DNA of 32,000 bases from Planctopirus limnophila DSM 3776 (GCF_000092105.1 NC_014148.1:900001-932000), one strand, 5' to 3'; counted from the stretch's first letter, positions 7,292 to 17,541 are shown. Translations and numbers: made by a program. Notes: generated by a model not told the origin, from the sequence alone.

Positions 7292-8497
7292 TCACGGAGC
7301 AATCAAATTGGCTGGGCGTCGGAAGATTCGCTGGCGGCGGGTGGTTTCGGCGTTCTGAACGATCTTAACAGGCACTATAGCTGGCGAGATGCTCGAAACT
7401 TTTTGAGCGGGTGCGGTGAGTTCCTGGATTTTCTGCTCACCTTTCATAGAGTAGACCACCATCTCTGTTCCATCTAGCGGCCCCTTCATGAGGTCCACCA
7501 TGCGGATTTCGCTGTTCTCAAATGTGCGGAAGTAGAATCGCTTGTTCGTCAGATCATTTCCGCTCGTCCACAACGTGTAATCTGCAACTTCTTCACCATT
7601 TTCGAGTGACCTTGCTGACCCTTTGGGGATATCAAACTGATTCAAAAGATGAAAGAGTTGCAGCACCCCTTCGCGACTGGTCTGGACGGGAAGTGCTGTT
7701 TTCGAGAAGGCGACAGCCCGCACGAACCGCGAAGGAGGCGTGAAGTCGCCAGGCAATCCCAGCATGCCGCTTCCCATGCCGAGCGATTTCACCTGCTGTT
7801 CACCTAACTTAACAGAGGTCTTTCCCAGTGGATCCAGGTTGAGATAGTTACTCAAATTCGTGACGTGCCAGTCGAACGTCGGAGCGTTGGTGAAGACTCC
7901 GAGCTTATTATCGTGAATCTTGAGCTCTCCACCGACGTACTCGACGGCAATGGCCTGGCCGGTAGCATCCGTAAAAATGTAGTGGGCAGGAGGCACCATA
8001 TTCATCTGCGGCAAGACTGTATTAGCCACCTTGACGCTGCGAATCGCCTTGGTGGCTTCTTCGATCGTACTGCAGGTTCCCAGTATGTAGGCCCCCACTT
8101 CCCAGGGAGCAATCGTCCGAGGGAGATCTTCTTGACTGATCGATTGATACTTGGCATAGCCCGGAAAGTAGAAGAGGCCGCAAGCGAGCCCCTTTTCGTT
8201 ATGTCCATCCAGCAGCACGGGAAGCCCAAATGCATTGGCCCCCACCGAAGCGTACTTGCTTTTCCACTTGAGGCCCGGCGTTCCATCAGGTGTGGTCCCT
8301 GTATAGGCAAAGCCGCGGGGGATAATCACCACGTTCGACAACAGATCGGCACCAAACTCAAGAGTTCTGCCGTAAATGATCGATCCGTCTTTGGGTCTTA
8401 AGGTGATTCCGGTGCAGGCTGCCGCCGGTCGGGTAAAGATTGCCAGGCCCAGCAGCAATGCGAGCCCATACCTGGCACCGATACTCAAGTTCAACAT
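7292..8497 (-). CDS. Secreted Ntn-hydrolase of the choloylglycine hydrolase / linear amide C-N hydrolase family (PF02275)
   Basis: The signal peptide MLNLSIGARYGLALLLGLAIFTRPAAA is followed directly by CTGITLRPKDGS. An N-terminal nucleophile Cys exposed after cleavage is typical of penicillin V acylase / bile-salt hydrolase relatives. Confidence 0.75.
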   Translation of the reverse strand: MLNLSIGARYGLALLLGLAIFTRPAAACTGITLRPKDGSIIYGRTLEFGADLLSNVVIIPRGFAYTGTTPDGTPGLKWKSKYASVGANAFGLPVLLDGHNEKGLACGLFYFPGYAKYQSISQEDLPRTIAPWEVGAYILGTCSTIEEATKAIRSVKVANTVLPQMNMVPPAHYIFTDATGQAIAVEYVGGELKIHDNKLGVFTNAPTFDWHVTNLSNYLNLDPLGKTSVKLGEQQVKSLGMGSGMLGLPGDFTPPSRFVRAVAFSKTALPVQTSREGVLQLFHLLNQFDIPKGSARSLENGEEVADYTLWTSGNDLTNKRFYFRTFENSEIRMVDLMKGPLDGTEMVVYSMKGEQKIQELTAPAQKVSSISPAIVPVKIVQNAETTRRQRIFRRPANLIAP

Positions 8498-8716
8498 CTT
8501 TAATGATTCCTCGTGCTGCCAGAAACAACTTTACTCGTCACTCTCGAACTCTTCCCTGCAAGTGGGCCTCCGTCCAATCGAAATGCTCGGCAGCAATTAA
8601 GATGCAGCCAGAGAAACGATCCTGATTCGCTACGGGCTACTTAGGCCGCAAAGTTTTCCATGGAGGCGTACTCTGTCAGTTGGCACCATCAGTGGACTCT
8701 CGGGAGACAGGCAAGG

Positions 8717-9871
8717 CTACAGGAACTCGGCCATGACTCGATTGGCCAGAAAAATTCCTTCGCTGGTCAATCGAATTCTCTTTTCATCAGCTGCCAACAG
8801 ACCTTGCCTGACGAGTCGTTGAATGGTCTCAGCCGCAAATTCTTGCAGATCGATACCAAACCGATGCTGGAATTCTGCGTAATCCATGCCGCTCAAGCGG
8901 CGTAAACCCACGTAAAGAGCTTCGCGCATGGCATGCTCTTTCTCCAGAGTCTCCGCTTCGGCAATCACCGACGCTCCCTGCTCCATCCGCGATAAGTAGC
9001 CCAGCACACTGCGAGTATTGGTTCGCCGCGTTCCTTGCAGATAACTGGCTGCCCCCGGGCCAAAGGCGGCATAAGGCGAACCATTCCAGTACGCCAGATT
9101 GTGCTGACATTGATAGCCGGGGCGGGCGAAGTTCGAGAGTTCGTAATGCTCAAATCCTTCTTCCTGAAGCCTCTTTATGGCCAGTGCGTACATCTCCCGT
9201 TCGAGAGCTTCGTCAATCTCGGTCAGTTGTCCACGTCGCTTTCTGGTCGTGAAGGCCGTCCCTTCTTCAAAGGTGAGTCCATAGGTGGAAAGATGCGTGG
9301 GGCCGCAAGCAAGTGCCTGCTCCAGGTCATACTCCCAGTCGACCAGAGTTTGCCCGGGCACACCAAAAATCAGATCCAGTGAAACATTGGGGATCCGGGC
9401 CCGAATTCGCTGCACGATCTCGGGGATCTCTCCCCCTTGATGGTCGCGTTCGAGTGTCTGCAGATGTTTATTTTGGAATGATTGCACTCCCAGGCTGACT
9501 CGATTGCAGCCCGCACTGTGCAACACGTCGATCACTTCCTCTGTCATATCCAGAGGATTGGCTTCGATCGAAAATTCCCCACCATCGGCCAGTGGAAAAC
9601 GTCTCGTCACCATCTTGAGAAGTTGCTCCAGTTCGACAATTGGCAAATGTGTGGGAGTTCCCCCGCCGAAAAAGACGGTCTGGACGACCAGTGGCTGATC
9701 ATGGGCCTGCATTTCCCGCTCCAGCGCAGCCAGATACCTGGGAATAAGATCATCTCGCCCGGCCACCAGCGTAAAATCACAATAGCCGCAGCGATGTCGG
9801 CAAAACGGAACGTGGATGTAAACCGACTGAAAATTGTTCGTGTGCGTCATCGAATCCATGGGCCAGTTCAA
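8717..9871 (-). CDS. hemW: Radical SAM heme chaperone HemW (HemN-like, coproporphyrinogen III oxidase family)
   Basis: YIHVPFCRHRCGYCDF is the CxxxCxxC radical-SAM cluster motif at the N-terminus. FFGGGTP follows. The 384-aa length and HemN C-terminal-like domain are typical of HemW. Confidence 0.88.
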   Translation of the reverse strand: MNWPMDSMTHTNNFQSVYIHVPFCRHRCGYCDFTLVAGRDDLIPRYLAALEREMQAHDQPLVVQTVFFGGGTPTHLPIVELEQLLKMVTRRFPLADGGEFSIEANPLDMTEEVIDVLHSAGCNRVSLGVQSFQNKHLQTLERDHQGGEIPEIVQRIRARIPNVSLDLIFGVPGQTLVDWEYDLEQALACGPTHLSTYGLTFEEGTAFTTRKRRGQLTEIDEALEREMYALAIKRLQEEGFEHYELSNFARPGYQCQHNLAYWNGSPYAAFGPGAASYLQGTRRTNTRSVLGYLSRMEQGASVIAEAETLEKEHAMREALYVGLRRLSGMDYAEFQHRFGIDLQEFAAETIQRLVRQGLLAADEKRIRLTSEGIFLANRVMAEFL

Positions 9872-10010
9872 AGGTCAAACTCATCCGTCAGAACACATTC
9901 CGACCGCATAGACAGTCTCCGTATGACTTACGAGTCGAAAGTCAGCCAGGCTGCCGGGCCGGTTCCTTGCAATCCTGAACACGAGACGATAACAACTATG
10001 CAGGAACAAC

Positions 10011-10126
10011 GGGGGGTGAGAAGCTGCCTCCGACTGTGGTGAGGCCGTGTGAACCGGGTCAGGTCCGAAAGGAAGCAGCCCTAAGCAGCAGGTTTTCAGG
10101 TGCAGAAGGGGGCAGCTTTCCACCCC
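10011..10126 (+). ncRNA. ffs: Signal recognition particle RNA, small (4.5S) type
   Basis: 10054-10080 CCGGGTCAGGTCCGAAAGGAAGCAGCC matches the universally conserved SRP domain IV (E. coli CCAGGUCAGGUCCGGAAGGAAGCAGCC) with a GNRA tetraloop. The 5' arm GGGGGGTGAGAAGCTGCC (10011-10028) pairs with GGCAGCTTTCCACCCC (10111-10126). TTTTTT follows at 10127-10132. A possible promoter is TTGCAA (9967-9972)-N17-TAACAA (9990-9995). The position immediately upstream of dnaX is classic synteny. The 5' end is uncertain by about 10 nt. Confidence 0.9.
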
Positions 10127-10322
10127 TTTTTTCGTTTGAAATCCGATTCCTGATGACTGTTGCGTGGTCTGTGCTTCAATTGTTCCTGAAGAGTCGGGTT
10201 CTTATGACGTCTGTTGACGGCTTCTCCTGGAATTCGCTCATCTGAGATGAAGATGGTGCAATCCATCTGAACTCCTTGCACCCTACCGCAGAAAAAGACA
10301 TGCTTGCCCGGAGCTGCGGGTT

Positions 10323-10355
10323 TGGCACTGTGTTGCGAGCCTGGCACTGAGTTGC
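10323..10355 (+). promoter_or_regulatory. Tandem 14-nt direct repeat TGGCACTG[T/A]GTTGC x2 (period 19) upstream of dnaX; resembles a -24/-12 promoter but the spacing is 1 nt short
   Basis: TGGCAC-TGTG-TTGC is at 10323-10336 and TGGCAC-TGAG-TTGC at 10342-10355, 28-60 nt upstream of the dnaX ATG. The GG-to-GC distance is one nt shorter than the sigma-54 consensus TGGCACG-N4-TTGC. Confidence 0.35.
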
Positions 10356-10382
10356 TGCCTTTTGTCATGTGGTGATTGACCG

Positions 10383-12431
10383 ATGAATGTTGAGAATTAT
10401 ACCGTTCTGGCACGTCGATTCCGCCCGCAGACTTTCAGCGAAGTTGTGGGGCAGGATCGAATTGCCCAGACGCTGCGAAACGCCATTCTCGAAGGCCGCG
10501 TCGCTCACGCCTATTTGTTTACCGGTGCCCGGGGTGTGGGCAAAACCTCGATGGCGCGAATCTTCGCCAAGGCCCTCAATTGTCCGAATGCTGTCGAGGC
10601 TGTCCCTTGCAATACCTGTGAAATCTGTCGGGCGGTTTCCGCCGGGCAGGATGTTGATGTTTCTGAAATCGACGGAGCTTCGAACCGGGGGATTGACGAT
10701 ATCCGCACGTTGAGAGCGAATGTGAACGTCAAGTCGATGCGAACCCGCTACAAGGTTTACATCATCGACGAAGTTCACATGCTCACGAAGGAAGCCTTCA
10801 ATGCGCTGCTCAAAACACTTGAAGAACCACCTCAAGGGGTGAAGTTTATCTTTTGCACGACTGAGCCGAACAAGCTTCCGGATACAATTCTTTCGCGTTG
10901 CCAGCGATTCGACTTCGGTACTGTCAACATCGAAAGTATCGGCGAACGGCTCCGGCAGATTGCCAACACCGAAGGCTTTCAGGTTGATGATGAAGCCATT
11001 GAACTTGTTTCCCGCAGAGCCAATGGTTCGATGCGCGACAGTCAGTCGCTATTTGATCAGGTACTGGCTTTTGGTCATCAGCATGTCACCGTCGCCGATG
11101 TGCATCGATTGCTGGGGACTGCCAGCGATGACCGGGTTATCGAGCTGGTACAGGCCTTGATTGACCGTCATGCCGCCCGTGCACTGGAGGCTCTTGATCA
11201 GGCGATTCTGGATGGCGTCCAGCTCGACGCCTTGACCGATCAATTGATTTCTTACCTGCGTGATCTGATGGTGACTGCTGCCGGAGTCAAAGGCATCGCT
11301 CTCCTGGGGGCGACTGAATCATCCCGGTCGAGAGTCGAAACACAGGCGGAAGCCTGGGGGTTGAAAACGATCTCCGCAGCCCTGCAGATTCTGGCTGAAG
11401 CCAAGATCAAGATGGCCCGCGCCACCTGGGGGCGAGCACTCACCGAACTGGCACTTGTCCGTATCACGCTCCTCGAAGATCTCAGCCGCCTCGATGAGTT
11501 GATTGCCCGGTTCCAAGGGAAGTCAATTCCCGCCACGTCCAGTTCAGGACGCCTGGCGACCGACCGGCCCATGAACTCTTCTCCACGGGTTTTGCCACCA
11601 CCTGTGGCCATCATTCAGGGTTCTCCAGAATCTCGCGATTTGCCGGACGTTCAAGAATCACAGCCTGAGTTTCAATCGCAGACTGAGCCTCAGCACCATC
11701 AACACGCAACGGCGAACACATCGAATGCAACCGTTGTCCCAGTAAGTTCTGACGCGACCGTTTCCGTAGATTCTTCCGCTGAAGCCTCCAGTATCAGCAC
11801 TTCGCTCGCAGAGCCTGAATTGGTTTTTCAACCGGGGAATGAAGCGACTCTGCTAGAATACTTGCGTACCAAAAATACTGATTTGACTGGTATTCACCTT
11901 CAGCGAGCCACGCATTGTCAGATCACGGGCCCCACCCAACTGGAAATTGTCATTTCAGCGAATCATCGCTTCGAGCAGCAGTGTCTCGAACAGCCGAACA
12001 TTGTGAGTAAGCTCGAACAGCAACTGCGAACCGCAACGGGAACATCCATTCGTCTGCGCTTCACGACCGGCTCTGCCCACGAATCCAGCGAATCCAATCC
12101 GCTCATACATTCAGAGTCTCCATCATCAAAAGATAACCCTGCCAGTTCCCCCAATGGTCAGCTGGCGGATGGCAACGGGGGTGTCGCTCAGCCTGAAACT
12201 TCTCTCAATTCGAGAGTGGAACGGCAACCTCTTCCTCATCCTTCAGTGACAGAAACGCCAGCGATTCGGCCAGCCAGCCGCACTGTTGAAGATCCAGAGG
12301 ACAGATTCGTCCAGTCGATTGGAGCGGCTTTTGGCATTGATTGCTGGCGCGTGCATGAGCGTGAGCGGATTGTCTCCGTGGAGATCGAAGAGAATTCCGA
12401 CACGACTGCGGATTCCAGCTCCGACGACTAG
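10383..12431 (+). CDS. dnaX: DNA polymerase III subunit gamma/tau
   Basis: The N-terminus YTVLARRFRPQTFSEVVGQDRIAQTLRNAILEGRVAHAYLFTGARGVGKTSMARIFAKALNC carries the Walker A motif. The Zn module is CNTCEICRAV. IIDEVHML and the SRC motif (TILSRCQRF) are present. The C-terminus is long and low-complexity. Confidence 0.97.
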   Translation: MNVENYTVLARRFRPQTFSEVVGQDRIAQTLRNAILEGRVAHAYLFTGARGVGKTSMARIFAKALNCPNAVEAVPCNTCEICRAVSAGQDVDVSEIDGASNRGIDDIRTLRANVNVKSMRTRYKVYIIDEVHMLTKEAFNALLKTLEEPPQGVKFIFCTTEPNKLPDTILSRCQRFDFGTVNIESIGERLRQIANTEGFQVDDEAIELVSRRANGSMRDSQSLFDQVLAFGHQHVTVADVHRLLGTASDDRVIELVQALIDRHAARALEALDQAILDGVQLDALTDQLISYLRDLMVTAAGVKGIALLGATESSRSRVETQAEAWGLKTISAALQILAEAKIKMARATWGRALTELALVRITLLEDLSRLDELIARFQGKSIPATSSSGRLATDRPMNSSPRVLPPPVAIIQGSPESRDLPDVQESQPEFQSQTEPQHHQHATANTSNATVVPVSSDATVSVDSSAEASSISTSLAEPELVFQPGNEATLLEYLRTKNTDLTGIHLQRATHCQITGPTQLEIVISANHRFEQQCLEQPNIVSKLEQQLRTATGTSIRLRFTTGSAHESSESNPLIHSESPSSKDNPASSPNGQLADGNGGVAQPETSLNSRVERQPLPHPSVTETPAIRPASRTVEDPEDRFVQSIGAAFGIDCWRVHERERIVSVEIEENSDTTADSSSDD

Positions 12432-12505
12432 AATTAAGTATCGAGGAATCCTCAATTCTCATCACAACGATGCATGTTTCATAATTTTGACCCGGGAGAG
12501 CGGCA

Positions 12506-12847
12506 ATGTTTGGACAAATGGCTGGCCTCGCTGCCAATTTGTGGTCAATGCGAAGTCAGATGGGAGAGATGGCGGCCAAGTTTCAGCGTCTGCAAACTGA
12601 CCTGGCGAATCTCCGCTTCTCGGCGACCTCAGGCCCCGTTCAGGTCGAAGTGAATGGCTTGCTGCACATGACGAATTGCGAAGTTCAGCCCGGCTATCGT
12701 GAAGTGGATATTGCCCGTTGCACCATCGAGGCCACCAACGAGGCGATGAAGCAGGCACAGGCGGCTGCTGCCAAAGAAACACAATCGGCATTGGGCGATC
12801 TTTCCATGCTTCAAGGATTACTCGGTGGGAAACTTCCCTCCCCATAA
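12506..12847 (+). CDS. ybaB: YbaB/EbfC-family nucleoid-associated protein (PF02575)
   Basis: The 113-aa product sits between dnaX and recR. It has an N-terminal helical region (MRSQMGEMAAKFQRLQTDLANLRF) followed by SGPVQVEVNG...EV..., the characteristic YbaB layout. Confidence 0.82.
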   Translation: MFGQMAGLAANLWSMRSQMGEMAAKFQRLQTDLANLRFSATSGPVQVEVNGLLHMTNCEVQPGYREVDIARCTIEATNEAMKQAQAAAAKETQSALGDLSMLQGLLGGKLPSP

Positions 12848-12940
12848 GTGAGCCCCAGAAGTCGAATTCATACAGAGCCAACCCTTCATCGACAGCAGCA
12901 GCACCAGTAGCAGAACTTCAAGTAAGGACTAAGGAGAGTC

Positions 12941-13564
12941 ATGCCCCGTGCCATTGAACCGAATCATCATGCGTATGGCCGACATGTCGGTCTGCTTGTT
13001 CAGCAACTGGCGGCTCTCCCGGGGATTGGGCAGAAGTCGGCGGAGCGGCTGGCACAGCATCTTCTCGATTGCTCTGAGGAAGAAGCGGCTGCTCTTGCCC
13101 ATGCCATTCTGGATGTTCGCCGCACAATTCGTCGATGTTCGGTCTGCCACAATCTGACTGAGCAGGAAACTTGCGACATCTGCCTCGATTCAAGGCGGGA
13201 TCAGGGATTGGTCTGCATTGTGGAGCAACCTCGAGACCTTCTGGCGCTGGAGGCCACCGGAACCTTTGGGGGCGTCTACCATGTGCTCGGTGGCCGCATT
13301 GCACCACTGAGTGGTGTGGGCCCCGATGATTTGAACCTCGCCACGCTCATCCGCCGTGTTAAAGCCGGGAAGATTCGCGAACTGGTAATGGCCACGAATC
13401 CCACTCTCGAAGGGGATGGAACCGCCCTGTACATAGTGAATCTTCTGGCCGATGAACCGGTCAAAATCACTCGTCTGGCACGCGGGATCGCCACCGGCAG
13501 TGTACTGGAATTTGCCAATCGCGAGATGCTTTCGGATGCTCTCAAGGGCCGCCAGAGCTTTTAA
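12941..13564 (+). CDS. recR: Recombination protein RecR
   Basis: The HhH motif is [16 protein letters not shown]. The C4 zinc finger is [16 protein letters not shown]. The Toprim region ([15 protein letters not shown] ... [22 protein letters not shown]) is present. Confidence 0.96.
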   Translation: MPRAIEPNHHAYGRHVGLLVQQLAALPGIGQKSAERLAQHLLDCSEEEAAALAHAILDVRRTIRRCSVCHNLTEQETCDICLDSRRDQGLVCIVEQPRDLLALEATGTFGGVYHVLGGRIAPLSGVGPDDLNLATLIRRVKAGKIRELVMATNPTLEGDGTALYIVNLLADEPVKITRLARGIATGSVLEFANREMLSDALKGRQSF

Positions 13565-13953
13565 GGAATCCTCATCGCTGCAGGATTTTCAATGAATTTC
13601 GTAAATTCTCTCGGCCCATGCTGGATCATTGCACAATAGAGCGTTTCCAGTCACGAATTCTGGGCGCAATCCCAGTTTGAACTTGTACAAATTCCGCAAA
13701 ATTCCGTTGGAATTGGCACAACGTCAAGAATTTCCGTCTCTGGGACAAAACTTACAGCAAATCATACGCCAAAGCTGAATAATCAGGGTACATTCTCTGT
13801 GAAGACAGCCTCGCATCTGCTTATACTGGCTAACGTAGTTTCTAAGTCACGCTCCGAAAGAGTGCAATAGACGGCATCTGAGCGAATTCTGGCGCTCGTG
13901 AACAATCCGGATTTCGTTTACCTGATTTGCTGATTTTTCCACCGGGATCACTT

Positions 13954-15441
13954 ATGCAGCTTAATCTCGGTCAACATATGAAGATGAGCCAGCAAATGCG
14001 GCTGGCTCCGCGCATGATCCAATCGATGGAGATCCTGCAACTGCCGGTACTGGCATTGCAGGAACGCATCGAGCAGGAACTGGCTGAAAACGTCTGTCTC
14101 GAGATGCGCCTCGACGAACCCGATGCTCCCGGCAAGCTCGCCGAAATGGAATTGGCCCGCGAAGAAGCCTTTGAAACCCCCATTTCTGCCAAAGAAATGG
14201 CAGGCAAAGATGAAGCGAATGGCGAGGCCGCCTTCGAGAGGCTTCTGGAAATCTCCCAGGACTGGCCGGAAGACAACTACACGTCCGGCAGTAAGCCCTC
14301 TTCGAATCGGATCGATGAAGCTGGTGATCGCGCTCACGACATGATTGCGAATATCACCGAAAAGCCGCAGTCACTTCACGACCACCTCCTCGATCAGTTC
14401 AGTTACTTCACAGTTCCGCGAGAAATTCGCGATTTTGGCGAATTTCTGATTCAGAACCTCGATCATCACGGCAGGCTGCAGAGTCCGCTCAACGATCTGA
14501 TTCAGCTCTATGGTCGGCACGTTCGCCTCGAAGATGCCCAGCAGGCATTGAGCCTCATTCAAAAGCTCGAACCCGCAGGTGTCGGTGCCCGCGACGCCAA
14601 AGAGTGCCTGCTCTTACAACTCAACGAAGACACCCCTTTTCGAGATGTACTGGCAGTGCTCATCACCCAGCATCTGGAAGACCTCGCGCAGAACCGATTG
14701 CCACTGATCGAACGAAAAACAGGGTACTCGCTGAATCTCATCAAAGAAGCCCTCAAAGAGCTTCAAAAGCTGAATCCGTACCCGGGGGCTGAGTTCGAAA
14801 GTCGGCCCAATCAGACTGTCTCACCCGATCTTTATCTGGAACAGGATGAGAACGGCAAGTACGTCGTGCGCCTCGAAGATGAGTACACGCCCAGGCTGCG
14901 GATCAGCAAGCGTTACATTGAGATGATGCGGCAGGGAGCATCCGATCCCACCACGCGCGAATACATCAAACGCAAGGTGGAATCAGCCAAGTGGCTGATT
15001 GAATCGATCGAACAGCGACACAACACACTCAAGCGCGTGGCTCAGGCCATTGTTGATCATCAGATCGAATTCCTCGAAAAAGGCCCGGAGTTTATTTCGC
15101 CTCTCAAAATGCAGCAGATTGCGGATATCGTCAAAGTCCACGTCACGACCGTCTCGCGTGCTGTCGATGACAAGTGGATCCAGACACCACGGGGACTGTT
15201 TCCACTCAAAAGGTTCTTTGGAGGCGGTACGACAACGGCCGAAGGGGAAGAGGTTGCCTGGCACATCATCCGCCTTAAACTCAAAGAGATTGTTGATGGT
15301 GAGAACAAAGATGACCCATTGAGCGATGATGCTCTGGTCGAAGAACTCGCCAAGCACGGCTTCAACCTCGCCCGCCGCACGGTGACCAAGTACCGCAAAG
15401 CGCTGAACATACCTTCAAGCCGCCAGCGCCGCTCGTATTAG
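13954..15441 (+). CDS. rpoN: RNA polymerase sigma-54 factor
   Basis: Region I is [40 protein letters not shown]. The C-terminal HTH region ([24 protein letters not shown]) and the RpoN box [12 protein letters not shown] are present. I prefer the ATG at 13954 over the TTG at 13927. Confidence 0.95.
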   Translation: MQLNLGQHMKMSQQMRLAPRMIQSMEILQLPVLALQERIEQELAENVCLEMRLDEPDAPGKLAEMELAREEAFETPISAKEMAGKDEANGEAAFERLLEISQDWPEDNYTSGSKPSSNRIDEAGDRAHDMIANITEKPQSLHDHLLDQFSYFTVPREIRDFGEFLIQNLDHHGRLQSPLNDLIQLYGRHVRLEDAQQALSLIQKLEPAGVGARDAKECLLLQLNEDTPFRDVLAVLITQHLEDLAQNRLPLIERKTGYSLNLIKEALKELQKLNPYPGAEFESRPNQTVSPDLYLEQDENGKYVVRLEDEYTPRLRISKRYIEMMRQGASDPTTREYIKRKVESAKWLIESIEQRHNTLKRVAQAIVDHQIEFLEKGPEFISPLKMQQIADIVKVHVTTVSRAVDDKWIQTPRGLFPLKRFFGGGTTTAEGEEVAWHIIRLKLKEIVDGENKDDPLSDDALVEELAKHGFNLARRTVTKYRKALNIPSSRQRRSY

Positions 15442-15570
15442 GCCATAGAACTCGTTCTGATCTCGTTCAGTAGACGGAATGAATTGCTGGGTATCTTCAG
15501 TGAACCAGGCTCGTCCTCACAGCGGTGGCCTCATCGCACAATCAGCGTGTGCTCAGCAGTCCTCTCATCA

Positions 15571-15613
15571 AAAATAAAACCCGGCAGTCACTTTGAAGAG
15601 TGGCCACCGGGTT
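15571..15613 (-). terminator. Rho-independent terminator of the lipoprotein / DUF1559 transcription unit
   Basis: The outer stem is AACCCGG (15578-15584) / CCGGGTT (15607-15613) and the inner stem GTCACT/AGTGGC. On the - strand the hairpin is followed by TTTTATTTTT (complement of 15571-15580). Confidence 0.75.
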
Positions 15614-15713
15614 GATGAAAACTTTGGTTCATTGTCTACATGCGGGCCAGGTTAGAAGCGCTGGTCTGCGGAACGAACATTTTGACGATAGACTTGCGGA
15701 ACTCAGCCAGACT

Positions 15714-16040
15714 TTAAGCGGCGGGCTTGGGCGTTTCCACAATTTTGAGCATCTCACCAGCGATCTGCTTGCGGTTCTCCGCATTGCCAGCCTTTTCCAG
15801 CCGACTGAATTGTTTCTTCAGTTCTTCAGCTCCTTCGAACTTCTCACCGGCCAGCTTCTCGATCGAGTATTTGATTCCTTCCAGCGCACTCCCACCGTCC
15901 CCGGTCTGGGCAATCGATCCCAGGTCTCGCTTGAGACCATCCAGTGAATAGACGGGTAAAGCCGGGCGGTCATTGCCACAACCGGCTACCCAAACAGAGA
16001 CGGAAAGAACCAAGGCCATCTGCAGCAGTCGCGACATCAT
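15714..16040 (-). CDS. Small lipoprotein, function unknown
   Basis: MMSRLLQMALVLSVSVWVAGCGND carries a lipobox (VAGC). The mature part is helical and K/E-rich. It lies directly downstream of the DUF1559 gene on the same strand. Confidence 0.7.
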   Translation of the reverse strand: MMSRLLQMALVLSVSVWVAGCGNDRPALPVYSLDGLKRDLGSIAQTGDGGSALEGIKYSIEKLAGEKFEGAEELKKQFSRLEKAGNAENRKQIAGEMLKIVETPKPAA

Positions 16041-16166
16041 CTCTGACTCACCTTACGATTCATGTAGTTTCATTTGCGACACAGAAGGCAGATCTATCAA
16101 AACCCACTTTGGGCAAAGCGAATCTTGAGGATCTATCATGGTACCTCAATGCTGATTCAGGAGAGC

Positions 16167-17216
16167 TTAAAACTCACCCAGGGTATTTCCATCAGCCCGT
16201 GCTCCTGCACGCTGCCATGTTGTGTTATCCACATTCTCGCTCACAAACTTGACAGCACCATCCGCCATCAGAGCATGTACACCGCCGGTATGTCGGCTGC
16301 GGGCTGCCCAGACTCCCATATTGTCTGTAGCCGAGCAGGTTGTGCAGGCGTTGACGCAGTTCGGCAGATTGGAATTCGGTGTCAGAATCGTGTTGAACAG
16401 CGTCTGGTTCGCGATCCCATTCGTCCAGCGGATGCCCTCGCCTCCCGAATCATCCACATATCCCACCGATGCCGCCAGGCAACTATCGGTGAACGTCTTC
16501 TGATCTGCGACCGACATAAATGTCTGCGGAATCGATCCCAATGAACCGCCACGCTTCGTTGCGGCTCTCGAATTGGTGCTCAGTGGAGTACTGTCCGGCC
16601 TGGCAATAATCTGCTCGCTCATAGCCACGGTATTTGAGGTACCGTCCGTGACATCGCGGATCGCCACGCTCACCCGTGTGTTGAACAGTCCGATCTGTAT
16701 TGCATCGGTGTTCGCGGTCGTATGGCTGCCCCAATAGACACTGGGGCCTGCTGAACCAACATAATTGTTCCCGCCACCGATTGCCGAGTTATCTGTCCCC
16801 AGATCGGAGGGGCACAAAAACGCGGCAATAATGCGCTGGCAGGCCTGGCCATTGACTCCACTGTCGGATGCCAATCCAAAATTCAGCGTGTTGTACAGTG
16901 GGCCCTGATCAATGTATGGCAAAATCATCATGTGGGCACTGCGGCCACGATAAGGGTTCGGATCCTGAATCGTTCCGCCACCCGTCTGCGACTGATAATT
17001 CCCCCGCGGAAACATCAGGTAATTGTCGTGATAATTGTGCAGTGCCAGACCTAACTGCTTAAGATTGTTGCGGCACTGTGTCCTGCGTGCGGCCTCTCGA
17101 GCCTGTTGCACGGCTGGTAATAGCAAGGCAATCAAAATGGCGATGATCGCAATCACCACCAGTAGCTCAATCAGCGTAAACCCTCTTGATGAAATACGTT
17201 TTGAAGAAATCCGCAT
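16167..17216 (-). CDS. DUF1559 domain protein with a prepilin-type N-terminal cleavage/methylation leader (PF07596 + N_methyl)
   Basis: [12 protein letters not shown]|[52 protein letters not shown] is the hallmark planctomycete DUF1559 N-terminus. The C-terminal region [22 protein letters not shown] matches the usual H-x9-DG tail. The longest ORF starts at 17267. Confidence 0.92.
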   Translation of the reverse strand: MRISSKRISSRGFTLIELLVVIAIIAILIALLLPAVQQAREAARRTQCRNNLKQLGLALHNYHDNYLMFPRGNYQSQTGGGTIQDPNPYRGRSAHMMILPYIDQGPLYNTLNFGLASDSGVNGQACQRIIAAFLCPSDLGTDNSAIGGGNNYVGSAGPSVYWGSHTTANTDAIQIGLFNTRVSVAIRDVTDGTSNTVAMSEQIIARPDSTPLSTNSRAATKRGGSLGSIPQTFMSVADQKTFTDSCLAASVGYVDDSGGEGIRWTNGIANQTLFNTILTPNSNLPNCVNACTTCSATDNMGVWAARSRHTGGVHALMADGAVKFVSENVDNTTWQRAGARADGNTLGEF

Positions 17217-17441
17217 GCTCCACCCCACCAGATGTGTACTTTTTATGAATTCAAAAAATTGCATCATGTGATCGTAACATCATATTATGCACAAATACTT
17301 GTGTAAACATATTATCGCGCTGTCAAGTCTCATGGCCAGTTGATTGTTCACATTTCTGTTCAGACTTGGCCTGTCGGTCTGAATTCTGGTGAATTTCAAT
17401 CAATTCAAAAGTTGCATCGATACATTCTTCTTTTGGAAACG

Positions 17442-17483
17442 AAAAAAGGCTGTCTCCACCGCGAGGGCAGGACAGCCTTTTTT
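17442..17483 (-). terminator. Rho-independent terminator downstream of the Cys/Pro-rich lipoprotein gene
   Basis: The stem GGCTGTC (17448-17454) / GACAGCC (17471-17477) is flanked by AAAAAA (5') and TTTTTT (3'), so it could act in both directions. It lies 59 nt past the stop at 17542 on the - strand. Confidence 0.8.
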
Positions 17484-17541
17484 CATGAGTCAACAAAGTT
17501 CTTCAGATCATGTGAGCATCTGAGTTGAACTAAACCAGGGT

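Noticed and set aside
9881-10245. ORFs 9881-10123 (-) and 10036-10245 (+) in the hemW-dnaX spacer.
   Set aside because: Both overlap the SRP RNA, and the helical symmetry of the RNA explains open frames on both strands.
10383-12431. I looked for a dnaX programmed frameshift / slippery site (A AAA AAG) that would produce a gamma subunit.
   Set aside because: I saw no A-heptamer or AAAAAAG in the gene; the longest A-run I saw is AAAAA at about 11871. A different mechanism cannot be excluded from sequence alone.
12445-13575. A shared 11-mer AGGAATCCTCA occurs just after the dnaX stop (about 12446) and just after the recR stop (about 13564).
   Set aside because: A single 11-mer match between two sites in 32 kb is expected by chance many times over. 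There is no extended similarity or common structure.
13563-13590. A hairpin AATCCT-N9-AGGATT right after the recR stop, as a possible terminator.
   Set aside because: It has only 6 A/T-rich base pairs plus wobbles and a very short T-run, which is too weak to annotate as a terminator with confidence.
15600-15947. A 115-aa + strand ORF downstream of rpoN, where hpf or ptsN might be expected.
   Set aside because: It has no similarity to HPF or PtsN. It starts inside the terminator hairpin. The opposite strand encodes a protein with a clean lipobox signal peptide.
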